The notes under the pieces were generated by a model. That model worked only from the letters and a program-made list of their open reading frames with translations, had not been told where the DNA came from and did no database searches. A stretch of DNA of 32,000 nucleotides from Candidatus Scalindua sp. GTDB taxonomy: Bacteria; Planctomycetota; Brocadiia; Brocadiales; Scalinduaceae. Within the stretch, counting starts at the first letter, position 1; each line of letters opens with the position of its first letter. The stretch lies in NCBI GenBank assembly GCA_031316235.1, contig JALDRA010000001.1, positions 1,440,001 through 1,472,000 on the forward strand. Reading direction: 5' to 3'. Position numbers and translations under genes: made by a program. This document shows, one piece after another, positions 18,183 through 27,315 of the stretch.

Positions 18183-19285
18183 TAACGGTTCTCCTTTTCT
18201 GAAAACTGCGCTAATAAGTGCCCCTTAAAATCAAACAGATAAACAAAGACCCTGCATTGTTCTTGAATATAGTTTTCAGTTACCCTGGCCACTAATCGGC
18301 AAAGATTTGTTCCAAACTCCTTAATATTTGCTTCCTGAATCAACTCTATGACATGCCTGGCTGTATTGGCCCCTTTGATCTGTTCGCATGTACCTGAATC
18401 AGCCCCACCCTCTTCGGCAAGTTTTGCTAATAAATCCATATTCACTTCTGAACCGGCCACATGCGTCTGCATCTTTCCGTCCGCCATTTTTGACAATTTG
18501 CCAATCATCCCGACAATGTAGATGAGTTTAATAGATGTACGCGCAGCACTTTTTAAAGCGGTTCCAATAAAATCTCCGGCTTGAATAAAACTCTCTTCCT
18601 TGAAAACAGGAAAAAAATCCATGGCAAATTTTTCAGTCCTGCTCCCCGTTGTAAAGACAAGTTCTCGGATCCCCTGTGCGTGCGCCACATTAATTTCCTG
18701 AACTAAACTGGCCTTGTAGGCAGCTGTAGAATAAGGTTTTACGATTCCGGTTGTTCCCAGTATGGATATTCCATTAATAATTCCCAATCGTTCGTTAATT
18801 GTTTTCTTAGCTCGCTTTGCCCCATCGGGAACACTGATAATGACCTGAGCCCCTTTGTATTGTTTAACAGAAAGCTCTTCTAAGACCATCTCATAGATGT
18901 TTTTACGCGGTATAGGTGTAATTGAAGGAGCACCAATATCCAAACCTAACCCCGGCTTCGTAACCTTACCTACACCCTCTCCATTGATTAAAGTAATTCC
19001 CTCTTCTTCTGTTAAATTAACTGTTGTCGTAATTTCAGCGCCATGTGTGCAATCAGGATCATCCCCCGCATCTTTAATAATACTGGTGATAACTACACCA
19101 TCTCTTTTTTCACAGCGCTTTAAAGGAAATGTAACCTTTTTGCGATTTGGCAATGTGGTTTTTATTTCCGATAATTTTTTCCCTGTCACCAGATAGCGTG
19201 TCGCCGCCTTTGCACTTGCTGCTGCACAGGCTCCCGTGGTAAATCCGGTTCTACGCCCTCTCTTATTCCGTGCCGGCAGCGTCAT
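18182..19285 (-). CDS. cbiD: Cobalt-precorrin-5B C1-methyltransferase CbiD
   Basis: 367 aa. Shows RRTGFTTGACAAASAKAA, DAGDDPD.THG and ILGTTGIVKPYS motifs of CbiD. Confidence 0.9.
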   Translation of the reverse strand: MTLPARNKRGRRTGFTTGACAAASAKAATRYLVTGKKLSEIKTTLPNRKKVTFPLKRCEKRDGVVITSIIKDAGDDPDCTHGAEITTTVNLTEEEGITLINGEGVGKVTKPGLGLDIGAPSITPIPRKNIYEMVLEELSVKQYKGAQVIISVPDGAKRAKKTINERLGIINGISILGTTGIVKPYSTAAYKASLVQEINVAHAQGIRELVFTTGSRTEKFAMDFFPVFKEESFIQAGDFIGTALKSAARTSIKLIYIVGMIGKLSKMADGKMQTHVAGSEVNMDLLAKLAEEGGADSGTCEQIKGANTARHVIELIQEANIKEFGTNLCRLVARVTENYIQEQCRVFVYLFDFKGHLLAQFSEKENR

Positions 19286-20030
19286 ATGATTTTTCTCTCA
19301 AGCGATGTTCAAAAAGATCAAAAAACAAAGGATCTTCTCCCAGTGTAGTCGCCAGTTTAATGGTTAGATCAGGGAAATTCTGTGCATAGCGATTGACGAG
19401 CACGCCAAGTCGTTGAAACAATAAACCGTTAAAAATCAAATAAGGTTCCAATAAAATAGACCTGTAACCTTCTTTAATAAGGTGATTAAGAGTTTCTTCA
19501 ACAGACGGTTTTGCCATGGCAATAAAACCGTGACCCACTCGCTTGTAATCTGCCTTTTCTGTAACCAGTCGTACTAATTTACAAAAATCACTGGTTGCAT
19601 CTGGATCACTGGATCCGCGGCCTATCATCAAAACAGCAGCATCTGATGTGTCGATTGCATGCACAGCACATACTTGGACAATTCTTTTGTTCACTAAATC
19701 CACCATTTTATGATCTACCCCCATGGCTTGGGATAAATAAATTTTTTTATCTCTAAAAGTGTCCATGGTCTCGTTTACAACATCCACAATATCATGCTTG
19801 ATATGTTCTGCCGTTAATAAGAATAAGGGCAGTACCGAAACCTCTTCGGCACAAGCTAATGCATCATGGAGCGCATCCCTCAAACCTGGTTTTGCCAACT
19901 CAACAAAAGCGGTTCTAAAATCATAATCGGGAGCCCTCCTGGCAAATTGTTCTACAAAATGTTCAAAGGCATCATTGGATTTCTGAACACGGCTGCCGTG
20001 TCCCACAACAATAACAATATTTTTAGGCAT
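19263..20030 (-). CDS. cbiX: Sirohydrochlorin cobaltochelatase, CbiX type (two-lobe long form)
   Basis: From ATG 20030: MPKNIVIVVGHGSRVQKSNDAFEHF... plus a second-lobe LMIGRGSSDPDA motif. The 65-codon N-terminal extension in the track would overlap cbiA and starts inside it, so I rejected it. Confidence 0.82.
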   Translation of the reverse strand: MPKNIVIVVGHGSRVQKSNDAFEHFVEQFARRAPDYDFRTAFVELAKPGLRDALHDALACAEEVSVLPLFLLTAEHIKHDIVDVVNETMDTFRDKKIYLSQAMGVDHKMVDLVNKRIVQVCAVHAIDTSDAAVLMIGRGSSDPDATSDFCKLVRLVTEKADYKRVGHGFIAMAKPSVEETLNHLIKEGYRSILLEPYLIFNGLLFQRLGVLVNRYAQNFPDLTIKLATTLGEDPLFFDLFEHRLREKSYDAAGTE

Positions 20031-20034
20031 AAAT

Positions 20035-21435
20035 CTACCCCTCGTTTTTTTGTAATTTGTAAAAGTCTTGTGCTTTTGCAAGAAAATGCCTTGCTCTTTG
20101 AGGGTACGAAAGGAAGTGACAGTGTACATAACTAGCCAGAACATTATTAAAACAATATCCTTCGTCCCGCTCTTGTCCCTTTCTTTTTTTGACTGATCGA
20201 TGGATGGCAGCAACACCTTCACCACTCCATTGTGAATAGTGAAATTCGTGTCCGCGAAATTGTTCTCCCTTACGACCTAAGAAACAATCATCAAGCATTT
20301 CATTTTCACAATATCCAAAGTTCACAAGTTTTTTGTTCATTTCAATTTGTCCGGGAATTATCCCAAGCATGGGGAAGACTTGGCCGTCTAAAGATTTTAT
20401 GGATTCAGCCAGGTAGATAAGCCCTCCGCATTCGGCATACGTGGGAATGCCATCTTTAATGGCCTGTTTAATTATAACACACATGTCCTGGTTTTCTTCA
20501 ATTTCTTTAGCATAAACTTCCGGAAAACCACCGCAAAAATAAAACCCATGTATATTTTCTGGTAATGTCGTATCCTCAAGCGGACTAAACGCGATGAGTT
20601 CGGCGCCACAATCTTTTAAAAAATCCAGATTTGCCTGATAATAAAATTGAAATGCACGGTCATAAGCATAGGCAATACGAATGGGTTCCTGGGGTAATGT
20701 TGCTTCAGGTATAATATTGAATGGCTTAACAGATAATGATTCCTTTTGTGCTGTTTTTGCATGGATCATGATTTGATCGAGGTCAATATTTTGGCAGCAC
20801 CCTTCCAGTCGTGTTAAACAATCATGCAGTTCTTCATTTTCAGAGGCTGTTTTCAGGCCAAGATGACGTTCCGGGATCATAATGTCTTCATTCTTAAAGA
20901 GGGCACCCAATACCGGAATATGATTATATGCTTCAACCGCCTCAGTTAATAAAGCCAAATGACTCTCCCCGGCAACTTTATTTAGAATCACACCGCAAAT
21001 ATGGATATCCGGATCCAGTGTTTGATAGCCCTTGATCATGGCTGCTATTGAGCGTGCCATTTTACCAGCATCCACGACAAGAATAACAGGCGTCTTTAGC
21101 AATTTGGCTATGGCAGCGCTGCTACCCTCATCGGTTGTTGGTGATACACCGTCAAACAGACCCATAACACCCTCGATAACGGCGATGTTACAATCCTGGG
21201 ACGTCTTCTCAAACAACCACTGACATGCGTCTTTACCCATCATCCAGTCATCCAGGTTATGCGATACTCGGTTAGTCGCAACCGTGTGATAACTCGGATC
21301 AATATAATCAGGACCTACTTTATAAGCCCCGACACGTAAGCCGGCCCTGATTAATCCAGCCATGATCGCCAGTGTGACTGATGTTTTTCCGACGCCGCTG
21401 TGCGTTCCGCCAATCATGATTCGAGGTATACTCAT
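20035..21435 (-). CDS. cbiA: Cobyrinate a,c-diamide synthase CbiA
   Basis: 466 aa. N-terminal ATP-binding GTHSGVGKTSVTLAIMAGL, a C-terminal glutamine amidotransferase region (AECGGLIYL, GHEFHYS). First gene of the minus-strand cbi operon. Confidence 0.9.
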   Translation of the reverse strand: MSIPRIMIGGTHSGVGKTSVTLAIMAGLIRAGLRVGAYKVGPDYIDPSYHTVATNRVSHNLDDWMMGKDACQWLFEKTSQDCNIAVIEGVMGLFDGVSPTTDEGSSAAIAKLLKTPVILVVDAGKMARSIAAMIKGYQTLDPDIHICGVILNKVAGESHLALLTEAVEAYNHIPVLGALFKNEDIMIPERHLGLKTASENEELHDCLTRLEGCCQNIDLDQIMIHAKTAQKESLSVKPFNIIPEATLPQEPIRIAYAYDRAFQFYYQANLDFLKDCGAELIAFSPLEDTTLPENIHGFYFCGGFPEVYAKEIEENQDMCVIIKQAIKDGIPTYAECGGLIYLAESIKSLDGQVFPMLGIIPGQIEMNKKLVNFGYCENEMLDDCFLGRKGEQFRGHEFHYSQWSGEGVAAIHRSVKKRKGQERDEGYCFNNVLASYVHCHFLSYPQRARHFLAKAQDFYKLQKNEG

Positions 21436-21490
21436 ATTCTGCTTTTATCTGAGAATTTATGAAAATGAATTTATATCTTTATCGGCTTCA

Positions 21491-21519
21491 AAGATATAAC
21501 GATGGGCACACCGTGTCAA
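21491..21519 (-). promoter_or_regulatory. Candidate sigma70-like promoter of the cbiA-cbiF operon
   Basis: On the minus strand, TTGACA (21519-21514) is followed after 15-17 nt by TATATC/TATCTT (21498-21491), about 55-85 nt upstream of the cbiA ATG. Sequence pattern only. Confidence 0.3.
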
Positions 21520-21749
21520 CCCATTTTTTATGGAGTGTCAGATCATGGGTTTTTTCTCCATATCTATACAGGTGACAAATGGAAAGGTGTAAGTTTATGT
21601 CAGACTTAAGATTCTCGATTCCAATGACAATTACCTGATTTCATTGTCTGATATTCTTGCTATTTAAAGTACGCTGATAAAACCCTAGTTAAATAGTTAT
21701 TCGAAAATCACATAAGGAATTTGCTGAAAAGTGTTTAAATAGTTTCTAC

Positions 21750-21777
21750 TTGACAATAATTCTCCTGTCATTATATT
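21750..21777 (+). promoter_or_regulatory. Sigma70-like promoter for the btuB leader (riboswitch copy A2)
   Basis: TTGACA 21750-21755, a 16-nt spacer, TATATT 21772-21777. Same architecture and partial sequence similarity (TTGACAAYAATT) to the promoter at 8951. Confidence 0.45.
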
Positions 21778-21802
21778 AAATGTAAATTTTGTACTGATTG
21801 CT

Positions 21803-22067
21803 GTACTTTGAAAATTTAAATCCATTTACGGGTGTTCGCTAACAACAACTGCTGTTAGCGGCATAATAGGGAAGTCCCTTAAAGGGCACGGACCCGCCGC
21901 TGTAATCGGCTACTAAGACTGCATTTCACGATTTGTTTCGTGATAACAGGCCACTTCTCCCGGCTTTGACCGGGGTGGGAAGGCGCAGTCATCAGGATGA
22001 CCCGATAGTCAGAAGACCTACCCGTAGATGCTTCACGTTGACTCTTCGAAGGTAAAGAAGGTGAAGG
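21803..22067 (+). promoter_or_regulatory. Cobalamin riboswitch (copy A2), near-identical duplicate of A1
   Basis: 21803-22019 equals 9000-9216 with one mismatch (C at 21829 vs T at 9026). The B12 box reads AGTCAGAAGACCTACC (G to A at 22020). Similarity decays until the shared GGTAAAGAAGGTGAAGG at 22051-22067. Confidence 0.85.
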
Positions 22068-22100
22068 AAAGAGACGTCTTTTATTATTTAACCAATATAG

Positions 22101-22137
22101 AACCCGAATCTTCCCATCGAAGATTCGGGTTTTTTTA
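22101..22137 (+). terminator. Intrinsic terminator following riboswitch A2
   Basis: Perfect 12-bp stem AACCCGAATCTT / AAGATTCGGGTT, a 7-nt loop, and a T7 tract. The sequence is unrelated to the A1 terminator. Confidence 0.85.
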
Positions 22138-22254
22138 TTGGTGAAACAAATCACCCCGTAAAACCCGCAAAAGACACAAAAAATATTTCCATAGCATTTC
22201 GTGGATAATGAAGGCAATCATTTGAGTTAACATTTTAATAAAACTTTTATTTTA

Positions 22255-22445
22255 TGTGAGATATAAGGGAATCCCTGCCGAGTTAAAACTCGGTTAACGG
22301 GAGCTGCCCCGCAACTGTAATCGGTGACGAAATCTGCAAAATGCCACTGGATATCAGCCGTTTAAGCGTTTTAAACTGTTTATACGGCTTCCCGGGAAGG
22401 TGCAGATACCAGGATGATCCGAAAGCCAGGAGACCTGTCTTACAC
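22255..22445 (+). promoter_or_regulatory. Cobalamin riboswitch (B), second and sequence-distinct aptamer immediately upstream of btuB
   Basis: Shows AAGGGAATCCC...GCTGCCCCGCAACTGTAATCGG, GCCACTGG, CCGGGAAGGTGCAGA and the B12 box AGCCAGGAGACCTGTC. ATCTGCA/TGCAGAT helix. It ends about 35 nt before the btuB ATG, with a GAGGGG Shine-Dalgarno in between. Confidence 0.9.
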
Positions 22446-22480
22446 GTTTTTTAATTTTTTTCCGAGGGGAAAGATGTTTT

Positions 22481-24415
22481 ATGAAAAATTGTTTAATCGT
22501 AGCATTTGCAGCACTGATTGCACTCCTGCCAGTTATCGGCTATTCAGAGAGTAATACTCTTACCAGAGAAAATAGTGAGAGTGGAAAAACAGGAAAGGAT
22601 AAAAATGCTCCCGTAGAACCTGAGACAGATGATATCCAGGAAATCGTAGTAACAGCAACAAGGACGGAAACACCCACGAGTCAGTTGATAGATTCAGTTA
22701 CCACGATTACCGAGAAACAGATTGAACAACAGAAGGCGAGAACCGTTTTTGAAACCCTTCGCAGTGTACCGGGATTGAGCATACAAAAGTCCGGAGGCAT
22801 CGGGAGAACAACAAGTGTATCATTACGTGGTTCCAGTGCTGATCAGGTTCTGGTCATGATTGATGGTGTCCAGGTGAACAGCCCCACCACAGGATCTTTC
22901 GATTTTGCAAACCTGACCACTGACAACCTGGAAAGCATAGAGGTCGTAAGGGGCCCGCAAAGTACTCTGTACGGCTCCGATGCAATGGGTGGTGTAATAA
23001 ACATCATTACGAAAAAAGGGAAGGGAAAACCACAGTTCAGTATACGATCAGAAATTGGGACACCGGAGAGAACTTTTAATGAAGCAATCAGCTCAAGCGG
23101 CAGTATCGAAGACTTTCATTATTCCGTAGATATGGCAAGGATTGACAGCGATGGCCGCGGTGCTGACGACGATTATGACAAGTGGAACATGTCCGCAAGA
23201 CTTGGATACAAACTCAACGACAAGTTACAGTTTGATACAAGCTTACGATACAATTACTCCAAGGTGGGTATCGACGACGGACCTTTCATGCAGGACCCCA
23301 ACAGGTTATCCAAAAATCAGGACATGGTAATTACTTCTCTCCTGACCCATTCGATAACAAACTGGTGGAGCCATAAACTGAAATTTTCCTATACCGCTTC
23401 AAACCTGAAAAGCAGGGACAAGCCGAATTCCGCTGCTTCAGACCCATTTGGCACTTCGAGATTCCGGCTCGATACCCAGATCTATACCGGAGATTATCAG
23501 CACACCCTGAGGTATAAGGAGATCAACACCTTCATATTTGGCTTTGAATTTGAAGACCAGGAGGCAGACAATCGAAGCGTTGATCCAGCCCTGGTCAACA
23601 GAGGCTGGTACGTTCAGAATCAATTGAAACTATGGGATAGATTCTTCTTCAATGCCGGAGTGAGAGTTGATGACAACAACACCTATGGAAAGGCCGTGAA
23701 TCCCAAATTTTCCGTTGCCTATCATCTCAAGGAAACAGATACAAAATTCAAGGCCAATTACGGGAAAGGGTTCAGGGGACCGACTCTCAATGAGTTGTTT
23801 TTCCCCGATTTCGGTGACCCGACTCTGGATCCGGAGGAGAGTGAGAGCTATGATTTTGGTTTTGAGCAATACCTGCTTGAGGACAGGCTCTTTTTTGGCG
23901 TAACCTATTTTAATAACAGATATTCAAACCTTATTCAGGCAGTCGATACCGGCGGATTTATCTTCAGGGCACGAAATATCGGTATGGTCAGGACCGAAGG
24001 TGTAGAGGCAGAAATCGTAATTAAACCCTTTGAGGGGCTAACCATGAGGGGTACGTTTACGAGGTTACATACCAGAGATGAGTTGAAAAAGGAGTTGATC
24101 AGGCAGCCAAGCAAGCAGGGTTCCGTTACTATTAATTATAGCTTTTTAGATAAATTTAACCTTAACATTGATAATACCATTGTCGGAAATTCAAGAGAGG
24201 GGAGAAACGGTGGAGGCATCAAACCACCTGGAAGGCCTGTTATCAGGACTAACGACGGCTATTTCAAACTTGACGTAGCATTTACTTATCAGCATTCAAG
24301 ACATTTTCAATTATATTCCAGGATTGAAAACATGGCGAATCAGAAATTCGATGAGGTATTAGGCTTCAGGTCACCAGGGGCAAGGTTCTTTCTTGGAGTA
24401 AAACTTAGCCTATAA
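22481..24415 (+). CDS. btuB: TonB-dependent outer-membrane corrinoid receptor (BtuB-like)
   Basis: 644 aa. Signal peptide, TonB box (IQEIVVTATR), plug domain (RGS...VLV.IDGV..N, RGPQSTLYGSDAMGGVINIITK), and a beta-barrel ending in a terminal aromatic-rich strand. Directly downstream of B12 riboswitches. Confidence 0.9.
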   Translation: MKNCLIVAFAALIALLPVIGYSESNTLTRENSESGKTGKDKNAPVEPETDDIQEIVVTATRTETPTSQLIDSVTTITEKQIEQQKARTVFETLRSVPGLSIQKSGGIGRTTSVSLRGSSADQVLVMIDGVQVNSPTTGSFDFANLTTDNLESIEVVRGPQSTLYGSDAMGGVINIITKKGKGKPQFSIRSEIGTPERTFNEAISSSGSIEDFHYSVDMARIDSDGRGADDDYDKWNMSARLGYKLNDKLQFDTSLRYNYSKVGIDDGPFMQDPNRLSKNQDMVITSLLTHSITNWWSHKLKFSYTASNLKSRDKPNSAASDPFGTSRFRLDTQIYTGDYQHTLRYKEINTFIFGFEFEDQEADNRSVDPALVNRGWYVQNQLKLWDRFFFNAGVRVDDNNTYGKAVNPKFSVAYHLKETDTKFKANYGKGFRGPTLNELFFPDFGDPTLDPEESESYDFGFEQYLLEDRLFFGVTYFNNRYSNLIQAVDTGGFIFRARNIGMVRTEGVEAEIVIKPFEGLTMRGTFTRLHTRDELKKELIRQPSKQGSVTINYSFLDKFNLNIDNTIVGNSREGRNGGGIKPPGRPVIRTNDGYFKLDVAFTYQHSRHFQLYSRIENMANQKFDEVLGFRSPGARFFLGVKLSL

Positions 24416-24433
24416 AGCAGGAGATGAGTTGTT

Positions 24434-25417
24434 ATGCAAAATGAATCCTTCAACAATACAATTATGAATCAAAATACTCACATTACGCTGTTCTTTGTTT
24501 TCTGGTTTATTCTGACACAATGCAGTCTGATTGCGCATGCAGGGCCTGTAAATTCAGGAAAAACAAAAACCTTTATGGACGATACTTCCTTTTCTCTACA
24601 GTTTGATAATCCGCCTCAGCGAATTATTTCTGTTTCCCCGAGTGCAACAGAAATGTTAGGAGTTATTGATGCGGATTCAATGCTGGTAGGAGTTTCGCTG
24701 TATTCTTATTATCCTCCTTCTGTCAAAAACCTTCCAAAGGTGGGCAGTTATGTTAATCCCAATATTGAACAAATCATCTCCTTAACTCCTGATCTGGTTG
24801 TCATGTCCTTTGAGGGAGCGCCGAGGAGTGATGTAAATCATCTACGGAGGCTGAATATAAATGTCGCAGTCTTACGCAGTGAAAAATTTTCTGATATTAT
24901 AAAAAACATTAACTGGCTCGGAGAGGTCTTAGCACATCAGAAAGAAGCAAAAGAAGCGGTGGATAATTTAGAGACCCGTTATGAACGAATTCGATCCCTG
25001 GTTCAGGGAATACCAAAGCCCCGTGCTTTTTATTCAATCGCCCTGAATCCCATAACATCCGTTGGGGCCAAAAGCTTTATTAACAGTCTGATTCATGATG
25101 CAGGAGGAATTAACATTACCGGGGATATCGATCAGGCATATCCCCGGTTAACCATAGAAAGTGTTATTGCCATGTCGCCGGATGTTCTGCTGTTTTCAAG
25201 CGGTATGGGCAATGAGCTTGACATGGAAAATCAGATGCCTTTCTGGAAGCGTTGGAATAATATCCCTGCCGTACGCGACCAGAGGTTCGTTGAAGTCAAT
25301 CATGACATCATCAATCGTCCTGGTCCAAGAGTTGTCGAGGCACTGGCTTCAATAGCTCAACAATTTCATCCTGAAAAAGCAGAGTCGATTCAAAGGATTA
25401 TGGATTGTGGAAAATGA
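24434..25417 (+). CDS. btuF: Periplasmic corrinoid-binding protein of ABC importer (BtuF-like)
   Basis: 327 aa. N-terminal signal/anchor, RIISVSPSATEML and PDLVV motifs of cluster A-II (BtuF/FhuD-type) binding proteins. AGGAG Shine-Dalgarno 10 nt upstream. Confidence 0.85.
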   Translation: MQNESFNNTIMNQNTHITLFFVFWFILTQCSLIAHAGPVNSGKTKTFMDDTSFSLQFDNPPQRIISVSPSATEMLGVIDADSMLVGVSLYSYYPPSVKNLPKVGSYVNPNIEQIISLTPDLVVMSFEGAPRSDVNHLRRLNINVAVLRSEKFSDIIKNINWLGEVLAHQKEAKEAVDNLETRYERIRSLVQGIPKPRAFYSIALNPITSVGAKSFINSLIHDAGGINITGDIDQAYPRLTIESVIAMSPDVLLFSSGMGNELDMENQMPFWKRWNNIPAVRDQRFVEVNHDIINRPGPRVVEALASIAQQFHPEKAESIQRIMDCGK

Positions 25418-26421
25418 AAAACCGTAAAATATTGTTGTTCACGATTCCGTTTTGCTGGATCTTTATTTTTTTACTCTGTTGGAAATCCGGCACGGTAATA
25501 ATTACCTGGGCACAACTGAAAAACACGCTCTTTGGAGCGGCGCCTGCTGAACAGACTAACATTATATTATTGAAGGTGCGGTTGCCCAGACTGCTTCTGG
25601 CTGCACTTACCGGCGCTGCTCTGTCTTTAACCGGAGCCGTTTTTCAGGCATTACTGCGAAACCCGCTTGCTGATCCCTATATCCTCGGGATTTCCGGCGG
25701 CTCGGCACTGGGTGCGGTGATCGCCATGGGCTTTGGTTTACATTTGATGATTATCGGTTTTCAAATTGTCCCGATTTTTTCCATATGCGGTGCACTTTTA
25801 ACCATACTGTTTGTATATAATTTTTCCCGAATCGGCAATTATTTACCGACGCAGACGATGCTGCTGGCCGGTATTTCATTACAGGCGATGCTCTCCGCAT
25901 TAATTTTGTTTCTGCAAACACTGATGGACCCCTTACAATTGATGCAGGTTTTTACCTGGTTAATGGGAAACATACCAACTCCGGAATACGGAAATTTATT
26001 ATGGATTTTTCTCTATTCTGTTCTGGCAATCGGAGTGATCCTCCCGCAGGCTCGGAATCTCAACGCACTTACTCTGGGAGAACTGGATGCCAAAATTGTT
26101 GGTATTGATGCGGAACGATTAAAAAAGACTCTTTTTTTCGCCTGCTCGCTTTTAACCGGAAGCATAGTCGCTTTAACCGGGCTAATCGGATTTGTAGGGA
26201 TCATCATCCCACATTTATTACGATTGTTAGTTGGGCCTGATCACAGGCGTTTATTGCCCGCCTGTGTTGTTGCCGGCAGTATTTTTATGGTTGTTGCCGA
26301 TACCCTGGCACGTTCACTGCTTTCACCAACTGAAATTCCTGTTGGTGTTATCACCGCTCTTGTCGGTGGGCCGTTTTTTTTGTTTTTACTATGGAAAAAT
26401 AAGCGTAAGGGAATGCGATGA
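25414..26421 (+). CDS. btuC: ABC importer permease, FecCD/BtuC family
   Basis: Polytopic protein with RLPRLLLAALTGAALSLTGAVFQALLRNPLADPYILGISGG and GIIIPHLLRLLVG. The ATG at 25414 makes an ATGA overlap with the btuF stop. The track start at 25405 is a TTG. Confidence 0.88.
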   Translation: MKNRKILLFTIPFCWIFIFLLCWKSGTVIITWAQLKNTLFGAAPAEQTNIILLKVRLPRLLLAALTGAALSLTGAVFQALLRNPLADPYILGISGGSALGAVIAMGFGLHLMIIGFQIVPIFSICGALLTILFVYNFSRIGNYLPTQTMLLAGISLQAMLSALILFLQTLMDPLQLMQVFTWLMGNIPTPEYGNLLWIFLYSVLAIGVILPQARNLNALTLGELDAKIVGIDAERLKKTLFFACSLLTGSIVALTGLIGFVGIIIPHLLRLLVGPDHRRLLPACVVAGSIFMVVADTLARSLLSPTEIPVGVITALVGGPFFLFLLWKNKRKGMR

Positions 26422-27254
26422 ACGAACAATATAAAAACGTAACGGTTGAGCAGCTTTCTTATTCGTATACAGAAACTCCCTTTATTCATGATCTGTCTTT
26501 TGACTTTAAGGCAGGAGAATTGTTCAATGTTGTCGGTCCTAACGGAGCCGGTAAATCCACACTGTTATATCTGCTTGGCGGGATTATCAAACCACAGGCT
26601 GGACAGGTTTTACTGGGTGGCATACCGTTATCCTCTTTTAAACGTCAGGCACTTGCCAGAATAATGACTATCATTCCGGCTGAGTCAAATATTGCATTTG
26701 ACTTCACTGTGTATGATATCGTATCCATGGGGCGTTATCCTTATCATAGTCCACTCGATTCTCTAACCGTTAACGACCGTGAAATAATAAGGGAAGTTAT
26801 CGAAAGGACCGGATTAACGAAATATACAGATAAGATTTTTAACCGGCTTTCAAGCGGTGAAAGACAGCGGGTCTTAATTGCCCGGGCTTTGGCACAGAAA
26901 ACATCTATTTTATTGATGGACGAACCGACTGTCCACCTGGACATTCATTATCAATTGGATATTTACCGGCTCGCACAATCCCTTGCACATGATAAGAATC
27001 TATCTGTTTTCATGATCTCGCATGATTTAAATTATGCATCGATATATAGTGACCGTATTATGTTAATGAATGAAGGACGTATCGTCAAAACCGGCACTCC
27101 TGATGATATTTTCCAGCCGGAACTGCTCAGTGATGTTTACGGTACCGCATTGTCTGTTTATCCCCACCCTGAAACAGGCCAGCCTACTATCTGGCCCCGG
27201 GTAATAAGCGGCAGTATCATAAACAAGATGACAACCCCCGGTGAACTTTTGTGA
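26418..27254 (+). CDS. btuD: ABC importer ATPase (BtuD/FepC-like)
   Basis: Walker A GPNGAGKST, signature LSSGERQR, Walker B ILLMDEPTVHLD. ATGA overlap with the btuC stop. Confidence 0.88.
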   Translation: MNEQYKNVTVEQLSYSYTETPFIHDLSFDFKAGELFNVVGPNGAGKSTLLYLLGGIIKPQAGQVLLGGIPLSSFKRQALARIMTIIPAESNIAFDFTVYDIVSMGRYPYHSPLDSLTVNDREIIREVIERTGLTKYTDKIFNRLSSGERQRVLIARALAQKTSILLMDEPTVHLDIHYQLDIYRLAQSLAHDKNLSVFMISHDLNYASIYSDRIMLMNEGRIVKTGTPDDIFQPELLSDVYGTALSVYPHPETGQPTIWPRVISGSIINKMTTPGELL

Positions 27255-27315
27255 TTATTAATTTCCGCTATACACCAGAAAAAACGTGAGTTACTATCAA
27301 AGTAAAAAAGGACAC

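Noticed and set aside
19263-20225. 320-aa version of cbiX given in the track
   Set aside because: The first 65 codons overlap the cbiA 3' end by 190 nt and encode non-CbiX sequence. The ATG at 20030, 5 nt after the cbiA stop, gives the canonical MPKNIVIVVGHGSR N-terminus.
21436-21750. Possible riboswitch or attenuator in the cbiA leader (hairpins ATATCTTT/AAAGATAT at ~21474-21499 and AACCCAT...ATGGGTT plus a T-run at ~21519-21556), and a 37-codon plus-strand ORF
   Set aside because: No cobalamin-riboswitch core motifs occur on the minus strand. The hairpins are short and AT-rich. The T-run terminator shape is on the plus strand, where nothing is transcribed into it. The small ORF has no Shine-Dalgarno or recognisable sequence.
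21879-22217. 112-aa minus-strand ORF
   Set aside because: It lies entirely over riboswitch A2 and its terminator. The DNA is explained by the RNA element, and the identical A1 copy has no equivalent conserved ORF.
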